Source: Macrostomum hystrix
Taxonomy: Eukaryota > Animalia > Platyhelminthes
Assembly: GCA_950097015.1 (NCBI GenBank)
Contig: CATNEN010000038.1
Location: 31,310,001 to 31,374,000, forward strand
Direction of reading: 5' to 3'
DNA length: 64,000 bases
Below the pieces are notes generated by a model, which ran no database searches, was not told the origin of the DNA, and saw nothing but the letters and a program-made list of their open reading frames with translations. Made by a program: the position numbers and the translations under genes. Positions 1 to 13,650 of this stretch are shown piece after piece; within the stretch, counting starts at the first letter, position 1, and every line of letters starts with the position of its first letter.

Positions 1-56
1 CAAGCACTGTGAACGTTCACTGTGCATTTGGGGTTTCGCCATCATGGGCGCAAGGT

Positions 57-385
57 GGGGTGAGTGGCAGAGCGGTCCAATGCGTTTGGCTCTCGCACCA
101 AGGTCCCTGAGCTCGATTCCACGGCGAGGCCACATTCATTTGGAGCTTGGGGGGCATGTCGGGCAATTGACGCCCTTGAGGGCCAACCTCCAAGGCACAG
201 TGAAAGTGTACACTGCCAGACCATGAGAAAGTCAGCGCAGATGTACACACCTGTGTACCTGTGTGAGCGTATGCCTGCGTACAGTATCTGTGTGCGCGTG
301 TGCTCATAAGTCAGCGAGATGGGCATAATTGCCTCCTCGGTGGCTGCGGGTCTAGTGTCACCGAATGATGTGCCATTGCCTGCAG
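57..385 (+). mobile_element. tRNA-derived SINE, copy 1
   Basis: tRNA-like head with A box (TGGCAGAGCGG) and B box (GCTCGATTCC). The body is homologous to copies at 20621 and 56283. Confidence 0.75.
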
Positions 386-456
386 CCCTCCTGCAAATGC
401 ATTATATATATATATAATATCATTCTTATCATAGGCATAAATTCCATGACAAGCCG

Positions 457-536
457 CCAAGCCTTCTCTCTGCGGCAGCGCCTAAAATGAATGTGGCCTC
501 GCCGCGGAATCGAGCTTAGGGACCTTGGTGCGAGTA
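457..536 (-). mobile_element. Inverted 5' fragment of the same SINE
   Basis: Reverse complement of the SINE head (CTCGCACCAAGGTCCCTAAGCTCGATTCCGCGGCGAGGCCACATTCATTT...GAGAGAAGGCTTG). Confidence 0.7.
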
Positions 537-602
537 GAAAACGATTCAAGCCGCCATGACTCAACAATGTTTGAGCTAGCTCACAATGAAAGATCACCCT
601 AC

Positions 603-1903
603 CAGGCACGTGACAGCTCTTTGTCGTCGCTGCCTGGTACAGTTCTACTGAGCAGTGCAGAGTGAGCAATTTTAACTCTGTCATGTGCAAACACGAGCAC
701 ACTACGCGCTGATAGGCGGCCGTGCGGTTGGTCGCGGTTCTCCAGGTAGGACATCGCCTCAGCCACCTGTTGGGCCAGGTGACACAGGGCGCCGGGATGC
801 AGGTGACGGCGAAGTCGAGGCTCGCGCAGACAGTCGAGCAGGGACCTGGCAGGAGTCCATGAGGGTTTATCAGGTTAGTTCGCTAGTTTGGAGTATGAAA
901 ATTAATGTATAACAACAATTTGTTACACCTGCTCTTATGGGGCCTATCACAGCTGTTCAGTACATGGACTGGGGGGGACGCCACACCCACCTTCAATAAA
1001 CCCAGCTGATGCTGGTACCCGTTTAAGAACTGGAACAGTTGAAGTAACGCAAAGTGTCTAGCTAATGGGCACAAATCGAACCCCGACCTTTAACTCGCGT
1101 GTCCGACCAGGCAAAAATCCAGAAAAAACTAACCCGAACGGCGCCAGCTCCATGACGAGCATCTGTACTCCATTGCGTCCGTTCCCATCTGTACAGGCCA
1201 GTCCCAGCAGGCGGAGAACACTGCGATGTCGCAGACTAGCCAACCTATCTAGCTCAGCGTTGTCTTTGTCCGCAGTCCTAAGTGACCGGACAGCTACTGG
1301 AACAGGGACCGCCGTCGCCTGCCCGCCAGCGGCTAGCCAGGAAGCCTGGCGCAGCGTGCTGGACAGCTGACTGGCCATGCGGAGGCAGTGCATCGGTATC
1401 AATGTCGGCGAGTTGTCCTCAGTTTGGCGACTGCGTGATGATGGCAAAGTGGACGCACTGATCAGCGTCGTTGAGGAAGACGCTACTCGCGACTGGCTGA
1501 TAGGCAGCAGGCGGCGCAGCATCCGCCCCATCAGCGAGGCGGCTCTCCGACGCCGCAATGTCGCCAGTCGCTGATGCAGTCGACGAGCATCGTCGGAGCT
1601 GAAGCAGCCGTCGAGAATGCCGCTTAGTTGGCGGCCTGGGAGGTTGGCCAGCTCCGAGGGCGACGGTGTGCCACACAGGCGACGGTTCAGCTCGGCGAAA
1701 TGTCGGTCTACACCAGCATCAAGCAGGAAGTGGAACAGTTCCGATACCACACAATGACCGGCTGTGCTACAGTCATTGTCCGCATCTATGACAGCAGTAT
1801 CTGGCGATGCCACCGACGATACTGTCGAGTTGGCTTCGCTGAATGGCGTCGAACGCTTGTTGCGTCGGCCTCTTGGCAGGGTGGCAAAGTGCAGAGCAGC
1901 CAT
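603..1903 (-). CDS. ACK/TNK2-like tyrosine pseudokinase, 5' part (exons 1903-1134 and 845-603; continues off-window)
   Basis: N-terminal SAM-like segment, then VAVRSL...LRHRSVLRLLG...MELAPFG spliced (GT-AG) to SLLDCLR...QVAEAMSYLE...HGRLSARSVLV...VKIAHSAL...AW. Colinear with the ACK kinase domain. Confidence 0.75.
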
Positions 1904-2509
1904 AAGGCTCGCTGCGTTGACTAACTGGTTGTGTCTTCAGTCTTGTGTGTCCTGATTGTTTGTGTTAGTGATGGCCAAGCTGGTTAAAGTGTTTTGAAAC
2001 CTGAAGGAAGAGAAATAGATAGGCTAATCCACATACAAGTTTCGGCTTCAGCACAATGGGACAGGATTGGGCCGGGAGAGAGAGGTAGACAGACAGACGG
2101 ACAGTGCAAAGCTGGACTGAAAGTGGAAAAGCAAGCGATTTTGAAGGCGGCATGCCGAGAGGAGGTTCTGGATATGGCGAGCCAGTCGTGCAGATCCCAT
2201 TCATTCTCTACCTCTACTGGCGGAATTTCGAACTGCAGCGCACTGATTTCAGCAGTTCCATTTACGCTCGTAGTTTCTTACCCCCGCTTGCACGCACAAA
2301 TTACCAGGTAAATGTAGGTAGCTTTGACTAGTGGAATCCATGTACGACTAACTGCTAGTCATTTTAGTAGATTCGCTGTTGTATAGCTAGGCCAATGTGT
2401 GATGGGATCGATCTGTCATGATTCACGCGACCATATAGATGAATCTAAGAGTTCGTATCTGATGTATAACACATGAACAGCCACGATATCTTGATCCAGA
2501 ATGTGTGTA

Positions 2510-3030
2510 CATCTAGTCACAGGTAGTTAATAGATCTAGTCACATGTACTTTATAGATCTAGTCACATGTACTTTATAGATCTAGTCACATGTAATTTAA
2601 AGATCTAGTCACATGTACTTTATATATCTAGTCACATGTACTTTATAGATCTAGTCACATGTAATTTAAAGATCTAGTCACATGTACTTTATATATCTAG
2701 TCACATGTACTTTATAGATCTAGTCACATGTAATTTAAAGATCTAGTCACATGTAGTCTATACATATAGCCACATTTTGTTTTTAGATCTAGTCACATGT
2801 AGTCTATAGATCTAGTCACATTTAGCCTATAGATCTAGTCACATGTAGTCTATAGATCTAGTCACATTTAGCCTATAGATCTAGTCACATTTAGTCTATA
2901 GATCTAGTCACATTAAGTCTATAGATCTAGTCACATTTAGTCTATAGATCTAGTCACATTTAGTCTATAGATCTAGTCACATTTAGTCTATAGATCTAGT
3001 CACATTTAGTCTATAGATCTAGTCACATTC
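2510..3030. repeat. 23-bp minisatellite (ATAGATCTAGTCACATTTAGTCT-like)
   Basis: Direct tandem copies visible. Confidence 0.95.
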
Positions 3031-3479
3031 TAGCGTATACAATGTAGTTGTATTGTGGGAATTTCCTGTTAAAATTTATAATTCAAAATACATAAGCGAA
3101 TTTGCAATAGAAGATAGATAAAAAATGAATTCAGTGTCTTTTTTAAAGTTGACACAATGGCACATCATATTTGTTGTATCCAAGAGCTAGAACTCAGAGC
3201 ACAAGCTAGTTATTATATTTGAAGACTTATAGAGACGAAATTATGAACATTAAGATAAAACTATGAGTGTGGGGCACATGCAACAATACAGCTAATTTAT
3301 TTTTTGCACTCATACACGCTACTACAAGTAGTTTTAATAATGCAAAAACTTTTAAGTCATTGTCTGGATAGATAAAGCATTAAAAATTTATAAACCTGGA
3401 TTGTACAGATAAAATTCTAAAAAATTATACAAACAAGATCAGATCCTAAAAGTCGATGCTTCTTATTGTGGGATTCAAA

Positions 3480-4993
3480 TGATTCTCATATAGGAATTTC
3501 TAAGATTCTCAGATTGAGATTTCTACAATTCACAGGTTGGGATTTCTAAGATTCTCAGATTGGGATTTCTAAGATTCTCAGATTGGGATTTCTAAGATTC
3601 TCAGATTGGGATTTCTAAGATTCTCAGATTGGGATTTCTAAGATTCTCATATAGGAATTTCTAAGATTCTCAGATTGAGATTTCTAAGATTCTCAGATTG
3701 GGATTTCTAAGATTCTCAGATTGGGATTTCTAAGATTCTCATATAGGAATTTCTAAGATTCTCAGATTGGGATTTCTAAGATTCTCAGATTGGGATTTCT
3801 AAGATTCTCAGATTGGGATTTCTAAGATTCTCATATAGGAATTTCTAAGATTCTCAGATTGGGATTTCTAAGATTCTCAGATTGGGATTTCTAAGATTCT
3901 CAGATTGGGATTTCTAAGATTCTCATATAGGAATTTCTAAGATTCTCAGATTGGGATTTCTAAGATTCTCAGATTGGGATTTCTAAGATTCTTAGATTGG
4001 GATTTCTAAGATTCTCATATAGGAATTTCTAAGATTCTCAGATTGGGATTTCTAAGATTCTCAGATTGGGATTTCTAAGATTCTCAGATTGGGATTTCTA
4101 AGATTCTCATATAGGAATTTCTAAGATTCTCAGATTGGGATTTCTAAGATTCTCAGATTGGGATTTCTAAGATTCTCATATAGGAATTTCTAAGATTCTC
4201 AGATTGAGATTTCTACGATTCTCAGATTGGGATTTCTAAGATTCTAAGATTGGGATTTCTAAGAATCGCAGATTGGGATTTCTAAGATTCTCAGATTGGG
4301 ATTTCTAAGATTCTCAAATTGGGATTTCTAAGAATCTCAGATAAGGATTTCTTAGATTCTCAGATTGGGATTTCTAAGATTCTCAGATTGGGATTTCTAA
4401 GAATCTCAGACAATGATTTCTTAGATTCTCAGATTGCGATTTCTAAGATTCTAAGATTGGGATTTCTAAGAATCGCAGATTGGGATTTCTAAGATTCTCA
4501 GATTGGGATTTCTAAGATTCTAAGATTGGGATTTCCAAGAATCGCAGATTGGGATTTCTAAGATTCTCAAATTGGTATTTCTAAGAGTCTCAGATAAGGA
4601 TTTTTAGATTCTCAGATTAGGATTTCTAAGATTCTCAAATAGGGATTTCTAAGAATCTCAGACAATGATTTCTTAGATTCTCAGATTGCGATTTCTAAGA
4701 TTCTAAGATTGGGATTTCTAAGAATCGTAGATTGGGATTTCTAAGATTCTCAGATTGTGATTTCTAAGATTCTCAGATTGGGATTTCTAAGATTTTCAGA
4801 TTGGGATTTCTAAGATTCTAAGATTGGGATTTCTAAGAATCGCAGATTGGGATTTCTAAGATTCTCAGATTGGGATTTCCACGATTCTCAGATTGGGATT
4901 TCTACGATTCTCAAATTGGGATTTCTAAGAATCTCAGATAAGGATTTCTTAGATTCTCAGATTGGGATTTCTAAGATTCTCAGATTGGGATTT
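3480..4993. repeat. 23-bp minisatellite (GGATTTCTAAGATTCTCAGATTG)
   Basis: Direct tandem copies; a CATATAGGAA variant recurs every few units. Confidence 0.95.
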
Positions 4994-5080
4994 GGACTTA
5001 AACTGAAATGGAAATTCTAAATGACGGTCGGAGGCTAAATGTTGTCATGACAATCTCGGCAAATGTTTGAATGTCCTGCA

Positions 5081-8000
5081 TCACACTGGCCTGGCGAAGT
5101 TACTCAGTTCACCGACTTCATCATTGTGTTCCCGATGCTTTCGCTTCTTGGCCTTGTTTTTGTTTTCGTTATTCGCAGCCGGCGAGTTGTTATCGATGAA
5201 TGGCCCCGACTCGGCGGCGGCGTCAGCAGCGGCTCCGTCCATGTCAATCTCGGCGTTGACCTCCGGCCTGGCGAACATGCTGCGGTGCAGAAAAAATCGA
5301 TAATAAATGAAGCGGCCGGCGACCCAGACGAACAGCGGCATCGGTGTGAAGGTCGCCGCAGCAAACGGCCCGACGAGGCTCAGATCGGCATCCGGTTGAG
5401 GCAGCGACGTCTGCAGGATGAGGATCGGCACGCCGGGGTTCTGGATGCCAGTCTCCAGCGAGATGGTCTTGACGTAGGGCCAGGGTTGGCGAAAGATCGC
5501 GGCCAGAATGCCGCCAAGCAGGAAGCCGGCGTAGGGCAAGGCGCAGCCGGCAGCGATGATGGCCGGGTTGAACAGCTTCCAGATGAACAGGTTCGCGTAC
5601 ACTCCTACGGTGAACATGAACACCACGAACACGAGCACGGCCGGTTTCAGCACGCGGCGATAGATTTGAGCAACCCTTGGCAGTTTGACCTTGATCAGGT
5701 AGCCGATGGCTGTGGGTACTAGGATTAACAATAGGCTGATCACAATGTTCGCGTAAGGAATCTGGATGTCAACGTTGCGCGACTTCAGAATGTATTGTCC
5801 CAGGGTCAGCATGTACAGTGGTGTGACACCTGCGGGTGGGAGATGAGGTAGAGATGGAGCGGACTACTCAAGCTGGACTCAAACCTGCTCCAAATAGACT
5901 CAAACCTTGTCAATCTAGACACAAACCTTGTCAATCTAGACTCAAACCTACTTTATCTAGACTCAAAACTACTCTATATAGACTCAAACCTACTCAATCT
6001 AGATTCAAACCTACCCAAGTATAGATTCAAACCTACTTAAGTATAGATTCAAACCTACTCAAGTATAGATTCAAACCTACTCAAGTATAGATTCAAACCT
6101 ACTCAAGTATAGATTCAAACCTACTCAAGCATTGATTCAAACCTACTCAATCTAGACTCAAACCTACTCAAGTATAGATTCAAACCTACTCAAATATAGA
6201 CTCAAACCTACTCAAGTATAGACTCAAATCTACTCAAGTATAGACTCAAACCTACTCAATCTAGATTCAAACCTACTCAAGTATAGATTCAAACCTACTC
6301 AAGTATAGATTCAAACCTACTCAAGTACAGATTCAAACCTACTCAAGTATAGATTCAAACCTACTCAAGCATTGATTCAAACCTACTCAATCTAGACTCA
6401 AACCTACTCAAGTATAGATTCAAACCTACTCAAATATAGACTCAAATCTACTCAAGTATAGACTCAAATCTACTCAAGTATAGACTCAAACCTACTCAAT
6501 CTAGATTCAAACCTACTCAAGTATAGATTCAAACCTACTCAAGTATAGATTCAAACCTACTCAAGTATAGATTCAAACCTACTCAAGTATAGATTCAAAC
6601 CTACTCAAGCATTGATTCAAACCTACTCAATCTAGACTCAAACCTACTCAAGTATAGATTCAAACCTACTCAAATATAGACTCAAACCTACTCAAGTATA
6701 GACTCAAATCTACTCAAGTATAGACTCAAACCTACTCAATCTAGATTCAAACCTACTCAAGTATAGATTCAAACCTACTCAAGTATAGATTCAAACCTAC
6801 TCAAGTACAGATTCAAACCTACTCAAGTATAGATTCAAACCTACTCAAGCATTGATTCAAACCTACTCAATCTAGACTCAAACCTACTCAAGTATAGATT
6901 CAAACCTACTCAAATATAGACTCAAATCTACTCAAGTATAGACTCAAATCTACTCAAGTATAGACTCAAACCTACTCAATCTAGATTCAAACCTACTCAA
7001 GTATAGATTCAAACCTACTCAAGTATAGATTCAAACCTACTCAAGTATAGATTCAAACCTACTCAAGTATAGATTCAAACCTACTCAAGCATTGATTCAA
7101 ACCTACTCAATCTAGACTCAAACCTACTCAAGTATAGATTCAAACCTACTCAAATATAGACTCAAACCTACTCAAGTATAGACTCAAATCTACTCAAGTA
7201 TAGACTCAAACCTACTCAATCTAGATTCAAACCTACTCAAGTATAGATTCAAACCTACTCAAGTATAGATTCAAACCTACTCGAGTATAGATTCAAACCT
7301 ACTCAATTATAGACTCGAACCTACTCAAAACAGCTCCTACTCAATCAGAGTCTACTCTCTATCTCGTACCCGTCTCCACCTGATGCATCAGTGAACTCAG
7401 TGAACCCAGTGAACTCACCCAGCGCAGCCAGAGTACTGATGAGTGTCATAGTAATGCTCAGAGAGATGTCACCGCCCAGCAGTAGGCAGTAGAAGTTGCT
7501 GGCTCCGCCGCCGGGAGCGCAGCCCATGCCGAAGTAGCCAAGAGCTGTGCTGGCCGGAAGGTCGATGATGAGCAGGACACAGAATGAGACCTGCGGGTTG
7601 AGCAGTTTCGGTCGCCCAACATCATTAACAGTAGAACTACCAAGGGGGGTTTCTAAACTGCTGGGCCTTCAACAAGCAATAGTTGAGAAAGTAGAAAATT
7701 TCTCTTCAAGAACTCCATAGCCAGCTGGAAGCACTCCGCTGCCGGTGCTGACGACGTCGGGGTGGTGACTGATTGGTTGACAGACTAGGCGAGGGTCCTG
7801 TGGTTCAGCTCCGTCTCATATTAATAGAGTGTTGAACAGCGATATGGAAGAAATTTGCATCAGGGTGTCCATATTTGGCTGGTGCCACTTGTTGAAGGTC
7901 CAGCAGCTCCGTCTAGATAAAGGTGCGTGACCACCGAAGACAGAGATGATGCAGGCACATTCGGGTGACATGTCGAAAAAATTTGAAGGCCTGGCAAGAC

Positions 8001-11000
8001 TGCACTGAGGCGCAGTGCTAATTGGTGTATAGGGGGTGTATGACTAGCTCTTACGGGAAGAATCAGACCTTTGGCCAGAATCGTTGAATATCTCGACGGT
8101 CTGAAGAGCTGGCAACTTGATTCTTGTTCTGAACATGCTGAACAAAACAATTGACACGTGTTTTTGCGTTTCGTGTGCTTGCGTTGCTCCGTTCGGGTGC
8201 AGCAAAAAATTGTCAGGGGGAATTCCCCCTTGGTATAAAAACGGGCGCCAAAATGGTCGGTAAACGCAGATAAAATGCTTCCCTCACCAGCGGCATGAAG
8301 ACATACTGGGATATGAAGCCAAGCACCGGTGCCACCGGTTTCTTCATAACGCTTTTTATAACTCGCATATCCAACTCGCAGCCCATGCCGACGTTGGCCA
8401 GAATGACGAACACCCAGATGGAGAATTGCACAATGTCGTCAATTAGGCGTCGCTTGCGTATGACCGACACTTTGTAGAGCAGCTCGGAGTCGATCTCGCG
8501 ACGCTCGTCGTCCGGATCCCGGACCAGCAGGCGAAGATTGGCGCGGCCGAGGAATGAGCCCAGAATCTGCACCGTGTGTGGCAGCTGGCCAGCGAATCGT
8601 GAGGAGTTCCAGGGCGTCGAGGTGTTGCTGCCGGCTGCCAGCTCGAGAACTTCGTCAACTGTAGAGTTGGCTTCTAATGTAAAGTTGGCGTTGAGAAGCA
8701 GGGCTACGCGATCTTCATCCAATTTGAAGGTGGCGCTCAGATCTACGGGACTGCTCAGCGAGTAGGCAAACGAAATATTTACAATCTGCTCTTCGCGAAT
8801 GTTGTACGATGTCTCCGGGAAGAAGTACAGAGTGAGGTTGGCGATGGGCGTCGAGCCATTGTCCCGGCTGAGGTGTGACCGGTGTACAGTGAGAACCTGC
8901 AGTTTTCAATTTTGTGAAGGCATTGGATTCACTGTCGAATAGGTAGGATTGAGTGTCTAACAGGTAGGACTTAATGTCTAACAGGTAGGATTTAATGTTG
9001 AACAGGTAGGATTTAATGTCTAACAGGTAGGATTTAATGTCTAACAGGTAGGATTTAATGTTGAAAAGGTAGGATTTAATGTTGAACAGGTAGGATTTAA
9101 TGTTGAACAGGTAGGATTTAATGTTGAACAGGTAGGATTTAATGTCTAACAGGTAGGATTTAATGTCTAACAGGTAGGATTTAATGTTGAAAAGGTAGGA
9201 TTTAATGTTGAACAGGTAGGATTTAATGTTGAACAGGTAGGATTTAATGTTGAACAGGTAGGATTTAATGTCTCGAAACAAAACAAGTAGGTTTGCTGAC
9301 TCGAAGCAGGTAGGTTTATTGTCTCGAAACAGGTAGTTTTATTGTCTCGAAACAGGTAGGTTTATTGTCTCGAAACAGGTAGGTTTATTGTCTCGAAACA
9401 GGTAGGTTTACTGTCTCGAAACAGGTAGGTTTATTGTCTCGAAACAGGTAGGTTTATTGTCTCGAAACAGGTAGGTTTATTGTCTCGAAACAGGTAGGTT
9501 TATTGTCTCGAAACAGGTAGGTTTACTGTCTCGAAACAGGTAGGTTTACTGTCTCGAAACAGGTAGGTTTACTGTTTCGAAACAGGTAGGTTCATTGGCT
9601 TGAAACAGGTAGGTTCATTGTCTCGAAACAGGTAGGTTTATTGTCTCGAAACAGGTAGGTTTATTGTCTCGAAACAGGTAGGTTTATTGTCTCGAAACAG
9701 GTAGGTTTATTGTCTCGAAACAGGTAGGTTTATTGTCTCGAAACAGGTAGGTTTACTGTCTCGAAACAGGTAGGTTTATTGTCTTGAAACAGGTAAGTTT
9801 ATTGTCTCGAAACAGGTAGGTTTATTGTCTCGAAACAGATAGGTTTATTGTCTTGAAACAGGTAGGTTTGTCTCGAAACAGGTAGGTTTACTGTCTCGAA
9901 ACAGGTAGGTTTATTGTCTCGAAACAGGTAGGTTTGTTGTCTCGAAACAGGTAGGTTTATTGTCTCGAAACAGGTAGGTTTATTGTCTCGAAACAGGTAG
10001 GTATATTGTCTCGAAACAGGTAGGTTTACTGTCTCGAAACAGGTAGGTTTACTGTCTCGAAACAGGTAGGTTTACTGTTTCGAAACAGGTAGGTTCATTG
10101 GCTTGAAACAGGTAGGTTCATTGTCTCGAAACAGGTAGGTTTATTGTCTCGAAACAGGTAGGTTTATTGTCTCGAAACAGGTAGGTTTATTGTCTCGAAA
10201 CAGGTAGGTTTATTGTCTCGAAACAGGTAGGTATATTGTCTCGAAACAGGTAGGTTTACTGTCTCGAAACAGGTAGGTTTACTGTCTCGAAACAGGTAGG
10301 TTTACTGTTTCGAAACAGGTAGGTTCATTGGCTTGAAACAGGTAGGTTCATTGTCTCGAAACAGGTAGGTTTATTGTCTCGAAACAGGTAGGTTTATTGT
10401 CTCGAAACAGGTAGGTTTATTGTCTCGAAACAGGTAGGTTTATTGTCTCGAAACAGGTAGGTTTATTGTCTCGAAACAGGTAGGTTTATTGTCTCGAAAC
10501 AGGTAGGTTTATTGTCTCGAAACAGGTAGGTTTATTGTCTCGAAACAGGTAGGTTTATTGTCTCGAAACAGGTAGGTTTACTGTCTCGAAACAGGTAGGT
10601 TTATTGTCTTGAAACAGGTAAGTTTATTGTCTCGAAACAGGTAGGTTTATTGTCTCGAAACAGATAGGTTTATTGTCTTGAAACAGGTAGGTTTGTCTCG
10701 AAACAGGTAGGTTTACTGTCTCGAAACAGGTAGGTTTATTGTCTCGAAACAGGTAGGTTTGTTGTCTCGAAACAGGTAGGTTTATTGTCTCGAAACAGGT
10801 AGGTTTATTGTCTCGAAACAGGTAGGTATATTGTCTCGAAACAGGTAGGTTTACTGTCTCGAAACAGGTAGGTTTACTGTCTCGAAACAGGTAGGTTTAC
10901 TGTTTCGAAACAGGTAGGTTCGTTGGCTTGAAACAGGTAGGTTCATTGTCTCGAAACAGGTAGGTTTATTGTCTCGAAACAGGTAGGTTTATTGTCTCGA

Positions 11001-11376
11001 AACAGGTAGGTTTATTGTCTCGAAACAGGTAGGTTTATTGTCTCGAAACAGGTAGGTTTATTGTCTCGAAACAGGTAGGTTTATTGTCTCGTAACAGGTA
11101 GGTTTATTGTCTCGAAACAGGTAGGTTCATTGACTCGAAGCAAGTCGGTTGCTAAAAAGCTAAGATTACGAGTAGCTATAAAAAATTACTTTTTGTACTT
11201 TTCATAAAAGTACATTCAGTCATTTCCTCAGCCATATTGAAAACGCACACACACTTGCTGACCTGTCTATTAATCTGCTGTTTGACAAAGTCCATGCATT
11301 GAGCTGGTTGAAGGCCGGCTGCAAGCAAACACAAGAAGATTAAGCCAAGTGCCGCATTGAAACATGAGCATGTCAT
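5081..11376 (-). CDS. SLC10-family sodium:bile acid symporter with long extracellular N-terminus (exons 11376-11263, 8896-8288, 7590-7419, 5829-5081)
   Basis: Signal peptide plus SLC10 motifs MGCELD, QYVFMPL, GCAPGGGASN, GDISLSITMT, TISLETGIQN. All introns GT-AG and frame-consistent. Confidence 0.9.
5865..7330. repeat. 21/22-bp intronic minisatellite with 240/480-bp higher-order structure
   Basis: Unit TCAAACCTACTCAAGTATAGAT; identical 60-nt lines at 6121, 6361, 6601, 6841 and 7081. Confidence 0.95.
7626..8235 (-). mobile_element. Non-autonomous TIR element (MITE-like) in SLC10 intron 2
   Basis: TACCAAGGGGG...CCCCCTTGGTA inverted ends. Internal sequence is homologous to 18180-18455 and 20415-20620. 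Confidence 0.6.
8940..11135. repeat. Compound intronic minisatellite: 21-bp (AACAGGTAGGATTTAATGTTG) then 23-bp (GAAACAGGTAGGTTTATTGTCTC)
   Basis: Tandem copies; the unit switches near 9270-9310 and keeps the AACAGGTAGG core. Confidence 0.95.
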
Positions 11377-11954
11377 CTTGAACGCGTGTGCCTTGCAGAT
11401 CGACGAAAAGAGACCGATGCTTCTTAAGCAAGGTGCACTGACAGAGCACAGCCCTAGGACTCGACAAGAACTAGACTCGAGCCTTCTGCGCCCATTGTAT
11501 ATTGTGCCGTGCTTATATATAAGAAAACTCTAGCAAGAATAAGCAGAGGTAAGAGAATATGTCCATGCAGAAGCGTTTCCAGTGCAAGAATGACACTCAA
11601 ATGAGAGAAGAAAATATTTTAACTCTCTGAGGCGACGTGCGGTAACTTTCCATCTGTCTGAATTTCGCGGCGGCTAGAAAATGACAACTCAAAGAAGTGA
11701 CAGCCAATTGTCCAGCCCCTCTAACTGGCGGCTGATCTCACAAAGCCAAATTTCTAAGATGCCTACCTGCCCGGCAGTCCACTTCTGAAGTACTTTGAAC
11801 AATACAAAAAGAGAGATTACAAAGTTACGAATGGCGGTCAATTGAAAGCCTCGAATGATGGGCAAGTGTGCCATGACTGACAGTTGTGTAGCCCTTTTGG
11901 TTTTAAATAACAAGCCAAAACTAGGACCTACAAGTACGTACAGAAAAACTGAAA

Positions 11955-12824
11955 CTGACAGATCAGACTGACAGATCGGACTGACAGATCAGACAGATCA
12001 GACTGACAGATCAGACAGACAGATCAGACTGACAGATCGGACTGACAGATCGGACTGACAGATCAGACTGACAGATCAGACTGACAGATCAGACAGACTG
12101 ACAGATCGGACTGACAGATCAGACAGATCAGACAGATCAGACTGACAGATCAGACTGACAGATCAGACAGATCAGACAGATCAGACTGACAGATCAGACT
12201 GACAGATCAGACTGACAGATCGGACTGACAGATCAGACAGATCAGACTGAAAGATCAGACTGACAGATCAGACAGACTGACAGATCGGACTGACAGATCA
12301 GACAGATCAGACAGATCAGACTGACAGATCAGACTGACAGATCAGACTGACAGATCAGACTGACAGATCAGACTGACAGATCAGACTGACAGATCAGACT
12401 GACAGATCAGACAGACTGACAGATCGGACTGACAGATCAGACAGATCAGACAGATCAGACTGACAGATCAGACTGACAGATCAGACAGACAGATCAGACT
12501 GACAGATCGGACTGACAGATCAGACAGATCAGACTGAAAGATCAGACTGACAGATCAGACAGACTGACAGATCGGACTGACAGATCAGACAGATCAGACA
12601 GATCAGTCTGACAGATCAGACTGACAGATCAGACTGACAGATCAGACAGACAGATCAGACTGACAGATCGGACTGACAGATCAGACAGATCAGACTGACA
12701 GATCAGACAGATCAGACAGATCAGACTGACAGATCAGACAGACAGATCAAACTGACATATCAAACTGACAGATCAAACCGACAGATCAGACTGACAGATC
12801 AGACAGACAAACAGACAGACAGAA

Positions 12825-12875
<51 letters not shown>

Positions 12876-12890
12876 TAGACAGACAGAGAC
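11955..12890. repeat. 13/9-bp minisatellite (GACTGACAGATCA) grading into (CAGA)n
   Basis: Tandem copies. Confidence 0.95.
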
Positions 12891-13319
12891 TGAGAAGCAG
12901 ATAGATACACAGCAGTGAAACGCAACAAAAAATGTGACACTCAAAGACAGCCTCAACTTAAGATGTAATATTTTTAATTCAATTATCACCTGATAAGTGG
13001 CACTAAAGACCCACACTTAAACAACGACGGAACTAATAATCGCAATTCGTTTTTATTGCAATTGTATAACCGCCTGTATTTTGCAACAGCGCGTGTCTCA
13101 GGTGGGCACACTAATTAAAAAAAGCAATTGGTTCTACACTAGAGCTGCATCGAAAAGAAAAAACTTAATTTACACAATATGGACTAAATTGTGTTGGAAC
13201 AACAATGCGCAGGACACGGAGATAAACAAATGAATATTTTTATGGCTTTAAACCGATTTTCTGTTATTTAAATAACACCGGAAATGATCTGTCCTAGACT
13301 TAAACATTAATCACAACTT

Positions 13320-13650
13320 AAGCTACCCATAGCTAATAATGATGACACCTATAGCTAATATTTAATCACCTTCTTTTGCTACCCATAGCTAGCTGATAAT
13401 TAACACACCTTTAGACCTTTAGCTACGCGATAATTATCACACCTTTAGCTACCCATAGCTAGCTGATAATTAACACACCTTTAGCTACCCATAGCTAGCT
13501 GATAATTAACACACCTTTAGCTACCCATAGCTAGCTGATAATAACACATTTTTAGCTACCCATAGCTAGCTGATAATAACACATTTTTAGCTACCCATAG
13601 CTAGCTGATAATAACACATTTTTAGCTACCCATAGCTAGCTGATAATTAC
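13320..13650. repeat. ~35-bp minisatellite (TAGCTACCCATAGCTAGCTGATAATAACACATTTT)
   Basis: Tandem copies downstream of the EFTUD2 stop. Confidence 0.9.

Noticed and set aside
57-130. tRNA gene
   Set aside because: No complete cloverleaf, and it continues into a dispersed repeat body, so it is a SINE head.
5063-5722. 219 aa plus-strand ORF and other antisense ORFs over GC-rich exons
   Set aside because: Shadow ORFs of real minus-strand exons.
8940-11135. Regular repeats resembling a CRISPR array
   Set aside because: Head-to-tail units with no unique spacers, in a eukaryotic intron.
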